Shown: positions 39,753-52,539, numbered from the stretch's first letter. The stretch is DNA of 64,000 bases from Octopus sinensis (GCF_006345805.1 NC_043009.1:53506001-53570000), one strand, 5' to 3'. Notes: generated by a model not told the origin, from the sequence alone. A program made the numbers and translations.

Positions 39753-42704
39753 CTGAAAAAGTGTAGTGACTAAGCCACAAACAATAAACAATTCCCTTCA
39801 GTTTCAGAAAAGTCAACTTCGAGCCAAGAATGAATAAGATATCGAGAAAGACAATACAAAAATGAAACAGCTTAACACCACTTCTAAAGGCAAACGTAGA
39901 GGTAAAAACACCAGACAAATTAAAACGAAGGTTGTTGCTAAAAGATGTAAAAGTGATCAGCACAGGAGAAGTACAATAAATCAGACAAGCTCGAAATACT
40001 CAAAAAGTACTAAAATGAAAAGTAAAGGGCAAAATAACAAAAAGTATTCATTGCCTAAATTTCCTGTAGTGTGTACGGTATGGAGAACCCGGTATAGAGA
40101 AATTGGAAAGAAATGCAGCTTAACCTTGGAAAGAACTGCGGCTTTGCTTATATCCAACCCTATCAAAATCGTGCTCAAAGTTATAGCCATTCCTCATAAA
40201 ACGTACAGTAATAAAGTAAAACTCCTCCATTTGAACTGACTGCTCAGGGACTGTAGCATTAACATTATATGTCTCAAAGATAGTAATAGAATACTGCAAT
40301 AAATAGCATTCAAATTCTATTCAGCGTCAAATCATTTGAAAAACTACCCGAATCTTATTCAAAAAGTAATGGTGAAACAGAACTAGCCTCAAAGTCAACT
40401 TGTGTAAAACAACGCAATAAAGCTTAAAGCATTTATGCCAATAACGCCAACTATATGCATTAAATATTCTTCAAGAGGTAGGCCTACATACGCAAATACG
40501 TTACTCACGTGAAACTAAATAAACAACCTAAATTCAACCAAAATAGAACCTACATAAAATGGACACTCTTAGATGTGAATAAAGAGACAAACGATAACGT
40601 AGATTCTCCCATAAAAAAGGTTAGAGCAAAAAGATAAACCTGTGCTTCGAAAATATAAAAATGAACCTTAAGTCTCTCTGTAATTTTGCAAAGGAATCAA
40701 TCTGTGTACTTTACAAGACAGTGACTCTGTCCGAAGGAGATACTTTACTAAATGCAAGCCCTGAAATCAAAGTGAAATACTGAGTTAACATTTCCAAATT
40801 ATTTAAATATCCCCATTAGGAGTCATGGAAATAAATAAACCGGATGCGATTTGTGACGGTGCAACCCCATAAAGCGTCAACTACCCATTAGATCAATAGA
40901 AATATTATCAATTATAGATGAAACGAGCTTAAACTCACCAATAAACTATGACGATTTCCTTAAGATACCCATAAAGACGGGGATTGTTAATAACATTCTG
41001 GCAAAACCGCTGAAGATGTCTTTTTTTGTTATAGAGTTTCCTTGAAAGGGGTAACAGAAGTAAAGCAGGTGATAAAATTCACAGACTTAATCCTTCGACT
41101 TTACACATCAGCTGATTACGGTCTTAGAAGTAAATTATTGATCACACAGGTTTATTCATGCTTCAGTTACCGTATGATATTCATCTAATTGCCGCAAATG
41201 AATATCTTTGAACATATTTATAAGACCACCCGTATAAATGGTAGGGTAAAATAAGATAATAATTCAACCGCGGTAATTTACTGGTAATAATTTATCAGCT
41301 ATTAAAGGATTTGAACTCGGAACATAAAATCCTTTAATTAAACATAGTGAACTTCATGCTCTCCATATAAAAGAAACAAGCAACTACACCAACGAAAATT
41401 ATTCCAGATTAAGTGAAATAACAGATACAGTAACAGTAGCAATTCAAAAGATAAGCCCAGTACTACAACCCTTCTCCGAAATAATATACCGGATTGTATA
41501 TAATGTTATATTAATTCAGTAAAATATAAAGTGGGATAGGATAAAGAAATAACGATACTCTAATAATCGTGCTACTTAGTTTTGAATCCTGCAAAAGTAT
41601 ACAAAAAATAATAATAAAATCTTCATCATTTGTTACCATCGACAATGTTGCCCTAATGATGGACACAGCAATACAACTCCAAGTCATTACGAAATGTTAG
41701 TTAAACTACAGAGGTTCTCACGATAAAAGTAATAATAATGAACATATAATGAACGTCGTTGGTGGTGATGATGATAGAGTTGGACGTGGTGGTGGTGGTG
41801 GTGGTGGTGTTAGTTTGGTAGCGGTGGAGGTACTTAGCATGATAAATATTATTTGGATATACTCCACGGAAGATCACCCAATTTTCTTTATTTCACCAAC
41901 TCCAACCTAACAATGATTCCTCCCTCCTTTTCTCATGCCTTTTCTTTTTCTCCTCCTTTTTTCCTGTACTTCCCCTCCACCCAGTTCTATCACTTTCTTA
42001 CGCATACACTTTCTTCTCGTATCTCCTTAGATTAATTTCCTTAACTCTCAACCACACAGACAATTACAGGCACATACACGCATACACAGCGTCACATGAA
42101 CACACACAAACACACAGTTACACACATAGTCACAAAGATACAGACAAATACAACAGTGCCCAGTCGCTTTTTATTTATAGAGTGCGTAACAAGTATTGTT
42201 TCATTAAGATAAACAATCTCTAATGATTTTATAATCCATTGCAGCTTTTAATTCTTGCATTTTCTATATTTAGTTCCACTGTCACTTTATCAACAGATAT
42301 CGTCTGCTTGCTTTCGGCTGTTTCGTAAGCGTAAACGACAAATACACATTGTGATGCGTGTCGTGTGCTTGTATATGTGTTTGTGTATGTGCGTGATTGT
42401 GCTTCAGTGTGTGTGTGTGCGTGTGTGCTTGTGTTATGTGTGTCTGTGTGTGTGCTTGTGTTATGTGTGTCTGTGCACTCGCATGTGCTAGTGAGAGTGA
42501 GTGTTGTGCTTGTGTGAATAAATCTATAAGCATATGTGCGCAGGAACGAACTCCTTCACACACATACACAGACACGCACATATATGTAAATATCTGTACA
42601 TGAAGAACCACATAATATACGCATGTATATATAAATACATACATATGAACACACACACACACACACACGTATATATATATATATGTATATATGTATAAAT
42701 GCAT

Positions 42705-42747
<43 letters not shown>

Positions 42748-43699
42748 TACATAAGTATATGTGTATATATATACATGCACATATGTATGTATGTATATAT
42801 GTATATGTATCTATATGTGTGTTTGTGTGTCTGTGTCTGTGTATTTATGTAAGTATGCATGTAACTGGATGAAAGCACATATGTGTATTGCTCAGTGTGA
42901 GTTCGAGGGATAAAGGCATTCAGATAGCAAACAAGTTGGAAGAAGACGTAAAATATATTTCTTAGTTCATGTCAACTTCAAATAATGGTTCTAACCCATA
43001 AATTATAGACCGGATTATTCTTTCATGGCGTTTCCCAGCGGCGAAATATTATTAGAACAAATTGCTTCGGCTATAGTCATTTCACTGCCACTTCTTGATC
43101 CTATATATCTCTATTTAATTTATGATTCATTTCCTTCATCCTGATTTGCTTTATTTATCCTTTCCTTTCTCTTTATCAAGTATTTCCTCTAACCAGTTAG
43201 TACACGTTAATCAACGGATTTATAAATCTTTAAATCGGTCTCAAAGAAAGACTGAAACAGAGTTAGCGCCATGCCGCAGGAATTATGCAACAAAATTTTA
43301 GACCGTTTGTTGTCTTCGCTCTACATCGATGTTCAAAGATCTACCGGTTTCAAAACCCTTCTAAAGATAACGATTCCGAGATATCGGTGCTATCCTCTCA
43401 AACATAGGAGAGAATAAGTTCTGTGGTCAAAGAACAACTGTGATTGATGTTAATCTTGTATAGCAATGATAAATTATCCAATAACCGTTTATATTTAGTC
43501 TCGAACACTCATTAATATTTTAACGACTTCTCGGTTACAACTTTTGCGTGAAGTGGTAATAGAGATGTGTTGTCGTAGAGAGGTTGTGCAACAATAGAGA
43601 CGGTTGAAAATCAAAAGCGGTCATACCATAAACTCAGTGTATGTGTATGTGTGTGTGTGTACATGTGTGCGTATGTGTTCTTTTATTTTTTATATGGTT

Positions 43700-43985
43700 C
43701 ATCCCTATGAGTGTGACCATGCTTGGACACTGCCAGTGTAATCACTTTTTCAATGGTCAATCTTATGTGATAGGCTTTTGTTGTGGTAGGGGATTTAAAA
43801 CTGATGCCCTCCTTTGAGCCTCCTGCCTCAGTATTAGTTGATCCGGGACTTTGAATTGCAGGAGGTCAAGTTGTGTCTTGGAAACATCTATCACCACTCC
43901 ATGGCCATTCGTCAGATGCTTTGGCAGGGCGTTAACTATCTGTGGGGCCATTGAGTCCCATGCGATTGCAGTACAAGGTCCTCAA
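43700..43985 (-). mobile_element. CR1-type LINE 3' end
   Basis: RTLYCNRMGL..PQIVNALPKHL..GVVIDVSKTQLDLLQFKVPDQ..RRASVLNPL fits the GPQLFN.LP..FK..LD..VPD CR1 C-terminus. Confidence 0.72.
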
Positions 43986-44062
<77 letters not shown>

Positions 44063-44495
44063 ATGTGTGTGTGTATGTGCGGGTGTGTGAGTTTGTTAAG
44101 GTGTAATACTCATGAATACAATATCTTGGTTTCGATTCACAGACCGTCATCTGACATGTGACACGTCGTGTACCTTTACAGTTAATGTCAATTTGATTGA
44201 GGAACTTAGCTTATGTACAGCACAGACATTTGATCACTATAAACAAATCATCTCAATATAAAGAAATCATCTCTGTGTGATTGTTGGAGAAATTGCAGAA
44301 CGCTCACACGTCGACTAACGACGCGAGAATCCATATTGTTTGAATCTACTTTACGCTACTTTGATTAAAAAATTAGAGTTGAAGTGTTCCATAGATGAGA
44401 ATTTGAATCAAATTCAAAATGACTGAAGACTAGCATCCTGCTTGAAATACAAGAGTACCAACTAATTTGAATCAAACGGTTTTGATCCATATATA

Positions 44496-44708
44496 TATAC
44501 TTTATTTAAAAGCAGCAGAAATATAATAAAAGTTGTTACTCAGAGTTTCACAAACTGTCCGTCTGATGAACGGGAACGTAAAACTCTGAGTAACAGCTTT
44601 TATTATATTTCCGTTGCTTTTCAATAAAGTTTTTTTTTTCTACCTCTGGTATCTGAGTACTCTCTTTTCCACCTTGTTTCACTGTTTCACATTTATGTGC
44701 TTACTCCG
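44496..44708 (-). mobile_element. Hairpin-plus-tail element, second copy of the 51081-51313 family, internally deleted
   Basis: Arms actttattt..gcagcagaaa..gttactcagagtttc / aaactctgagtaacagc..caataaagt. Tail 44640-44708 is the reverse complement of 51081-51144. Confidence 0.85.
44555..44599 (+). ncRNA. Type-I hammerhead motif, probably inactive (G12A)
   Basis: CTGATGA 44563-44569; stem II ACG-ggaa-CGT; AAAAC instead of GAAAC; stem III AC-tctga-GT; GUA 44590-44592; stem I ccgt/acag (3/4). Confidence 0.65.
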
Positions 44709-44783
44709 GTAATGTGACCGCGTGTGTACCGTTGGCGATTTTTTCCTTCTTTCTTCCCTTCTCTGGATCTTTCCTTCTCCCGT

Positions 44784-44818
44784 GTTTCCGACGAAGTGCT
44801 CCGCTCGAAACGTTAAAC
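44784..44818 (+). ncRNA. Minimal type-I hammerhead variant in a ~195-bp element (44709-44905)
   Basis: Stem I GTTT/AAAC; core CCGACGA plus an extra A; stem II GTGC-tcc-GCTC (3/4); GAAAC-GTT with a loop-less palindromic stem III (AACGTT) that could only form in a dimer. Confidence 0.55.
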
Positions 44819-44915
44819 CCTCCTTCTTTCCTTCTTTCCCGAGCGTCCAATAATACTATATTTATTCCACGTCCTCGCGTTGTTGTGTTTTTTTGTGCTT
44901 TCTTGTTTGGATTAA

Positions 44916-44970
<55 letters not shown>

Positions 44971-45314
44971 CAGACGCACATACATACACACACACACACG
45001 CACACACACACATATATATATATATATATGAATAATAAATATTGAAGTCAATAAGAGTTTATTACCAGCAAAAAATCGATCATTATCCCATACAGCTGCT
45101 TCAGTTAAAGCCTATATATAAGCCTATATATGGGAGGTTTTATGGATATTAACCTCCCTTTAAAAATATTTGGTACTGAATCAGTATTTCCTTGTATGAT
45201 ACCATCCTTTCGTGAGGCCAGTATAACCTTTATTTGAATTGTGTCTGTGTGTATATATACATAAATATCCTTTGCATAAAACATAAATCCGTTGAAGAAG
45301 ATGTAGAGCAGATT

Positions 45315-45365
<51 letters not shown>

Positions 45366-45504
45366 TATATATATTTCATATATTATATTTCATATATATA
45401 TATATATATATATAAAGGGAAAGTTTACGAAAATAACCAAAAGACGAAGGCAGGTGGAGTACAAAGAAACAAATGTATTAGTGTAGCGCTCAGGAATAGA
45501 AAAA

Positions 45505-45546
45505 GTATTTTACGTTTCGAGCCTACGCTCTTCGACAGAAAGATAC
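45505..45546 (-). ncRNA. Minimal type-I hammerhead variant in a ~185-bp TA-flanked element (45415-45600)
   Basis: Minus strand: gtatcttt CTGTCGA a GAGC-gtag-GCTC GAAAC GTA aaatac. Perfect stem II, GUA site, A6U core change. Related to the 44784 motif, in opposite orientation. Confidence 0.55.
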
Positions 45547-47044
45547 ACAGAAAAAAACAAGGACAGAAACAAGGAGAGAAAAAAATGCGTGTAGGAGCTA
45601 CACATACAGATTCGTTTTCTTATGCTGATTTACATTTATCATATAGGTTCCTATCTCGATTTCCGTGGCAAATCTTGAAACATGTTAACACGTAACCCAA
45701 CAACTATGTTTCGAAAAACAACTTGAGAAAAAATATATCTTTTCTGATACAAAGAGATCTACGATTTAAAAATTACATTTACAAGTTAACGGAGAGGGAC
45801 CTCGTTCTTAAGTGCTCTATGTTGCACTGCATATATATATATATATATATGTAAACAATGTATATGCTTCACTTCTGCCAACTAACACTTTGTCCTTGTG
45901 TATGCCCCCCCACACACATATGAACATGGACATACACAGACAAACACACTCTCACACACACACGCACACGGTCAAACACACAGTGCGCGCATATATCGGT
46001 ATCTTAAAGGGTTACTATGTATGCACTTTTGCGATTCATGCAGTATGCAAGCATGCATGTATGTATGTGTATGTGTATATGTATATGCATATGTATATAT
46101 GTATATATATTTATGTATATATATACATATATGCATATATTGATATATGTTCATATTTAGCTATATGAACAAGCAAATACAGGGATACATACAGACTCAT
46201 ACATGCATACATAATACATACATACATACATACATACATACATACATAGACAGACACAGACGCACGCACACGCACACACACATACTCTCATAAACACACA
46301 CACAAACACACGCAAATATCTAATCAAAACCAAGGGAAATTGTATGTTTACTATATTATTTAAAATTTCATATCTCTTCGTTAAATGAGATTTAGATTTT
46401 TAGATAATTTTGTTTTATATAAACATCTCCTTTGATCTTATTTTCACCTGTTGAAATAGAATTTATCCCATACCATTCACTGATTCATTCTATTGTTTTC
46501 CTTCTTCCATTTCATGCTTCCTATCCAGACACACGTTTTCGCTTTTTCTTCTGGCAAGTCTAAATATAGCTTATTTAGAATTCCGTTGTTATTGTCTTGT
46601 GCGTCTAAATAAGCAGACACCTCGATCAGTTCAATAGAATATGCTTGGTATGATAAACATACACCATGTGATATGAAGAATTAGGAAGTAAATATATATG
46701 AGGAAGTGTAGTGTGTGTTTGGGGTGGCTCATCTACAGATACGCATATATCTACATATATGTGTACGAATACATTTATGGGTAAGTATAAATATGCGTAC
46801 ATATTTATTATGGGATAATGTATATTTTGATGCACGTACGTTAAGTTATATAGCATCTATCTATTTATCTATCTTTATTTATATATATCTCTTTCTCTCT
46901 GTATATATATATATATATCCATGGACATACATATACATGTATGTATAAATGTGTGTATGTATGTATGTATATATATATATATATATATATATTTGTGTGT
47001 GTGTATACATATAAATATATATATGTGTATATATATATATATAT

Positions 47045-47313
47045 CACGTGACCGACGAGACCATCAGATGTTGCTACACATCGCTGGTCACAATGCGTTT
47101 GCATTGTTTTAGCCTTCAATGATGCCACCTCGCTGGCTAAGCGAGCAAGCCAACAGAAGAAAGAGTGAGAGGAAGAGTGGTGAAAGAGTACTGCCTCTTG
47201 GAGCTTTTAGGTGTTTTCGCTCAATAAACACACACAACGCCCGGTCTGGGAATCGAAACCGCGATCCTCCGACCGCGAGTCCGCTGCCCTAACCACTGTG
47301 CCATTGCGCCCCC
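47045..47313 (-). mobile_element. tRNA-headed SINE family D, tail type 1
   Basis: Head ggcgcaatggcacagtggttagggcagcggactcgcggtcggaggatcgcggtttcgattcccagaccggg (A and B boxes), shared with the 52540 copy. The 3' ~110 bp is unrelated to that copy. Confidence 0.88.
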
Positions 47314-47431
47314 ACATGTATGTATATATGTGTGTATGTATGTATGTATGTATGTATGTATGTATGTATGTATGTATGTATGTATATATATATATATATT
47401 TGTCTGTGTGTATACATATAAATATATATAC

Positions 47432-47478
<47 letters not shown>

Positions 47479-47504
47479 TAGATAGACAGATAGATAGATA
47501 GATT

Positions 47505-47574
<70 letters not shown>

Positions 47575-47923
47575 CAGATTGATAGATAGATGGATAGAGC
47601 GATAGATAGACATAGGTGTCCCTCTCTAGAAATATATATTTTCTCTCATCTCTTACTTGCTTCAGTCATTAGACTACAGCTATGCTGGGGCACCGTACAA
47701 TACTTATTAGTCTTTTGATTGAATCGATGTTGGAGCAAAACATCAGAGAAATTTACTGGATCTTATCGGCTAGCTCACTTCGTTTTAATCGGATACAATT
47801 TTAGCGGGTGTTATTCGTGACTCTGCGACACAACTGGGCAGACACACTCGCAATGCTCTCCTCAAGCAATGTTGAAATGTGAGTGAATTTGGTAGACACA
47901 AACCGAAATACGCCTGTTGTATG

Positions 47924-47965
<42 letters not shown>

Positions 47966-48209
47966 CAACAATATAGGGTGAAATGAATTAATTTGGAATA
48001 ATCATTAATTACACCAAGTAGATTTCGGCATGTAAAAGCCTCATTCGAGGAAAGTTTAAGTAATACTAAGTAATTAAGGGTTTAGCAACGAATTGCCTCA
48101 TCACACACCGAATTTAGAAATAGCAGTCAGAGAGTTATAGCTATTCCTTTCTACTAAAAGGGAGATCTCAGTAAAAACACAGCACTTGAAAGGCAAACAC
48201 AGACAGGTA

Positions 48210-48300
<91 letters not shown>

Positions 48301-48317
48301 CATATGTGTGTGTATGC

Positions 48318-48640
48318 GTATCCGTATTTGTTCACCCACCGTCACTTGACAACCATTGTTGGTGTGTTTACGTCCACGTAACTTAGTGGTTCGTCAAAAT
48401 AGGCCGATAGAATAAGTACTAGGTTTACAAAGATAAAGTTTTGGGGTTGATCTGCTCGACTAAAGGTGGTACTGCAGCATATATATATATATATACACAC
48501 ACTTATATACACATATATGTGTATATATACATATATTTATATATATATATATATGTGTGTGTGTGTGCACCAGCGAGTACTGTGTTACTGCAGCATGTCC
48601 GCAGTTAAATGACTGAAAGAAGTAAAAGAGTAAAAGAGTA
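48318..48640 (+). mobile_element. SINE family B 3' half with an internal 105-bp insert
   Basis: Family B body and tail. The insert is flanked by tactgcagcat (48470-48480, 48586-48596). Confidence 0.8.
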
Positions 48641-48781
48641 ATATATATATACATTTATATATATATATATACACACACACTTATATACACATATTTGTGT
48701 ATATATACATATATTTATATATATATAGTGTGTGCGCACCAGTGAGTACTGTGTTAGAGATTGTGTATTTGTGGGTGTGCG

Positions 48782-48814
<33 letters not shown>

Positions 48815-49107
48815 ACAAATGTATATGTGTGTAGGAATGTATGTAAATGGTTTTGTGGTTGTATGTTCTGTATGTCAAAAGGTTTGTCAACATATGTGCA
48901 GTGTCAGTGATTCGTAATGTAATTGGGAATGATTGTCGCAAAAACACATCTAATTAAGGTAAACAAACCATAATAAATGTTAAGAAATGTAATAAAACAT
49001 ATAAAGACGACGGATGCGATGGAGACGACGTCAATGACGACGATAATGACAGTGTAAATATATCGCTACTAATGATAAAAACTATGAGAATTACTATGAT
49101 AAGGGGA

Positions 49108-49121
49108 ATAATAATAATAAT

Positions 49122-49153
<32 letters not shown>

Positions 49154-49349
49154 ATGATAATAATAATGATAATGATGATAATAATAATAATAATAATAAT
49201 AATATAATAATAATAATAATGATAATAATAATGATAATAATAATAATAATAATAATGATGATGATAATAATAATAATAATGATAATAATAATAATAATAA
49301 TAATGATAATAATAATAATAATATAATAATAATAATAATAATAATAATC

Positions 49350-49380
<31 letters not shown>
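49108..49380. repeat. (AAT/GAT)n array; adjacent (GAA/GGA)n at 49675-49840
   Basis: Directly visible. Confidence 0.95.
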
Positions 49381-49381
<1 letters not shown>

Positions 49382-51028
49382 TGGAAGAAGATGAAGAAGA
49401 CGAAGAAGAAGACGAAGAAGAAGAAGAAAAACAAGGAAAGAGAAGTAGAACGCGAACAAGAAGAGCGTTAATAATATCTATAATACTAACAACAGCAATA
49501 ATAATAATAAAAATAATAACAATAATAATAATAATCACAATAATGATGATAATGCAAATACGTTTATGATTTTTTGTTAGAAGACATATAATACAGGAAT
49601 AAACGAGTGAAGAAGGAATATATAATGCGTGTGTTTATTTCGCAAAAGAAGAAAAATACATGACCATCCCGAAATAGAAGAAGAAGAAGACGAAGAAGAA
49701 GAAGAAGAAGAAGAAGAAGAAGAAGAAGAAGAAAAAGTAGAAGGAGGAAGAAGAGGTGGAGGAGAAACAGAAGGAGGAGGAGGAGGAGAGGAGGAAGAAG
49801 ATGATGAAGAAGAAGAAGAAGAAGAAGAGAAAGAAGAAGAATTAAAACCTACCTTCTGGCCATAAGAAGGGGGATTTTCCACTGTCATCCCTACTTTTCT
49901 GAATCTCTCTGACCCCGCTAACAGACTTGTTAAACGAAACTATTATGTGTTATAAGTGCTATGAACAAAAAATAAACCACCTCAAGTACATGGATAACCA
50001 AAAACCTTTCGCTAAAATTGCTCAAAGTTTCAGAATTGGGATCGGAATGTGCATAGGGCTGAACAAAAGTGCAAGAGTCCCTCTGAGAAGAAGCTACTTA
50101 TTCAGCATTGAAAGCACTGCACTCGACACAGGCATAGAGATTAGAAAATTAGACCACAACTCCCCATACAAATATCCAGGAATAGACGAAACAGCTAAAA
50201 TACAACACACAGAAATCAAAGAGAAATTTAGGGGTGAGTACTAAAGAAGAGTCTGACTAATATTAAACAATGAACTTAATGCTAAAACTAAGATAATAGG
50301 GATAAACACGCTAGCCATACCAGTCATAAATTACTACGTTAACATAATGAACTGGAAGATCAGTTAATTAAGAAACCTAGATAGAAAAAAACAGAAAACT
50401 ACTAACAGCATACCGAAGTCACCATCCCAGAGAAGACGCAGACTGAATAGATTTACTCCGCTCAGAAGGAGGCCGTGGCCTGACACAGACAGAAAGCTGC
50501 TATGAAATAGCAACTGTTGGACTAGCAAAGTACTTAGAAATAAAGATTGGGAGATTATTGCATGTAGTAATGTAAAAAGAGAAAAAAAGTAAACGCTTTT
50601 CTTTGTACATAAAGTGCGGACAAAATACAAAACATAAAGAAAATACATTGACACACTAACCTCAGATGACAACATAGCAGAAATGGCCAAAGAGACAAAA
50701 AACAACATGAAAACTGAATTACAAAAGATATTGAAGAAGAAATGGCGAGAAAAATAATTTCATATTGAATACCCTGCTAGGCTTGACAGAGAGGAAATGA
50801 ACCTACATAAAAGCCAACAATGGCTCAAGAGCTCTTGACTAAAAGCTGAAACGGAAGGACTGATTCAAGCTGCACAAAAGTAATGTCTGACTACAAACAA
50901 TTATAAAAAACAAAATAATGAAAACAGGCTTCAACACCAATGCAGAATGTGCAACCAGGACAATGAGACAGTTGACCACATCATCTCGGGTTGCCCGGTC
51001 CTTGCCATGTCTGATATATATTATATAT

Positions 51029-51082
<54 letters not shown>

Positions 51083-51179
51083 GGAGTAAACACATAAATG
51101 TGAAACAAGGTGGAAAAAAGAGTACTCAAATACCAGTGGTAGAGTAATATGCTTTATTTAAAGCAGCAGAAAATTCAAC

Positions 51180-51227
51180 AAAATCTGTTACTCTGAGTTT
51201 CTCGTTGCCGTTCATCAGACAGTTTTT
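51180..51227 (-). ncRNA. Type-I hammerhead motif, intact core (left arm, minus strand)
   Basis: aaaaactgt CTGATGA a-cg-gcaa-cg-a GAAAC tcaga GTA acagatttt: all core nucleotides canonical, GUA site, 4-bp plus extended stem I, short stem II with GNRA loop. Confidence 0.72.
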
Positions 51228-51232
51228 GCTAG

Positions 51233-51281
51233 AAAAACCTGTCTGATGAACGGCAACGAGAAACTCAGAGTAACAGATTTT
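51233..51281 (+). ncRNA. Type-I hammerhead motif, intact core (right arm, plus strand)
   Basis: CTGATGA 51243-51249; GAAAC 51260-51264; GUA 51270-51272; stem I ctgt/acag; palindromic stem III ACTC-A-GAGT. Confidence 0.72.
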
Positions 51282-51308
51282 GTTGAATTTTTTGCTGCTT
51301 TAAATAAA

Positions 51309-51355
<47 letters not shown>

Positions 51356-51358
51356 TAT

Positions 51359-51522
51359 AAAATTAATCAAAGGACACACCTAGTATGTCCTTTGATTAAT
51401 TTTAATCACTCGGCTATTTAATGGTATTTTTGGGCCTGCTATCGCCTGTGTCATTGATTCTGTTATTATCATTTTTTAAATTGTTACATTGGATAATAAT
51501 AGAATTAATGTCACCTTCGTAA

Positions 51523-51530
<8 letters not shown>
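51359..51530. mobile_element. TA-flanked short element with an 18-bp perfect hairpin plus tail
   Basis: aaaattaatcaaaggaca (51359-51376) / tgtcctttgattaatttt (51386-51403), 9-nt loop. Confidence 0.6.
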
Positions 51531-51577
<47 letters not shown>

Positions 51578-51729
51578 TGTGTGTGTGTGTGTACGGGCAC
51601 GACAAAGTAAGCAGTTATATCCACTGGACCATATGTCAAAAGATAATATTGTTGGGAACTACTCGTATCCTACGAAAACCACCACCACCACCACCACCAC
51701 CACCAACAACCAACAACAACAACAACAAC

Positions 51730-51804
<75 letters not shown>

Positions 51805-52539
51805 GAGTTTCTTTTATTAGCTTTTGCTAATATTTATAGCAGTTTCAGCGCAAGGCAGACACTGATTCGTCAGCTCGTCAAATATATTTAGTAAATGATT
51901 AAGGCTCGCAGAATCTCATTTCTTTATCTTGGCATTTTAACATTAAAAAAACTAAATCATGAAGTAAAATCTGAACATTTTCTGGTTAGTACTAGAGGAT
52001 TAGTACCTTAGTTGCTTAAACAAACTGTATTCTTGCTTTTCTTCATGTAAAAATATGACCAAAACGTTAGAAGAGCAAAAAGTATCCAGGAAGTCACAGA
52101 TTCAGATTTTATGAACACAGTGTCTTGAATCCTGTGCAAAGACACATAAATATCGAATGATTTGATTTTTCTTACTATAAATAAATATACAACCAAGACG
52201 ATTGAATTCAAGAAAACTAGTAAAGGTCTATCATTTGGGGGCAGGAATCTTTTATAGACGGGACACATCTATAACAGAGGATTTTACAGGAATTGCTAGA
52301 CTTAGCTTAATTCAGGCAAAATTCTATAATCTACTTACTTCTGCAAATGTAGTAAATGTTGAAATATTTACACATACATTACTGCGGTCAGAGATGATGT
52401 TTTTCTGTCAGTAAATCTAGGAAATACATGAGCTGTTTCAACCAGTCTTACTTTGAGTGCTCGTTATTAAAGCCATGTTATTGATGGGCCCTTGAGAAAC
52501 ACGGGGTAGCACTACACCAGCCTTACTTCATTTCGCATT

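Larger units (their letters stand above)
51081..51313 (+). mobile_element. (TA)n-embedded element: 67-bp tail plus 166-bp palindrome with a hammerhead on each strand
   Basis: 51148-51222 pairs with 51239-51313 (75 bp, two G-T), with further T5/A5 pairing and a ~5-nt loop. A second copy is at 44496-44708. Confidence 0.9.
49860..51678 (+). mobile_element. Decayed R4/Dong-clade LINE (RT to C-terminus), interrupted at 51012-51594
   Basis: IRRG..SLLF*ISLTPLTDLLN, INHLKYMD(N), YKYPGI, INTLAIPVINY, GGRGL, KAETEGLIQAAQ, CRMCNQDNETVDHIISGCPVLA; resumes at 51595 with HDKVSSYIHWTICQK/IILLGTTRILRK, followed by (CCA)(AAC)(AAT)n. The REL domain is deleted. Confidence 0.88.

Noticed and set aside
47240-47313. 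tRNA-like sequences at 47.3 kb and 52.9 kb
   Set aside because: The acceptor and anticodon stems do not close, there is no Pol III terminator, and they continue into SINE bodies (one with a TSD). They are SINE heads, not tRNA genes.
52007-52131. Minus-strand exon candidate with a strong acceptor and TM-like peptide
   Set aside because: The only long frame stops one base before the donor, and its phase does not fit the 56243 exon; unsupported without RNA data.
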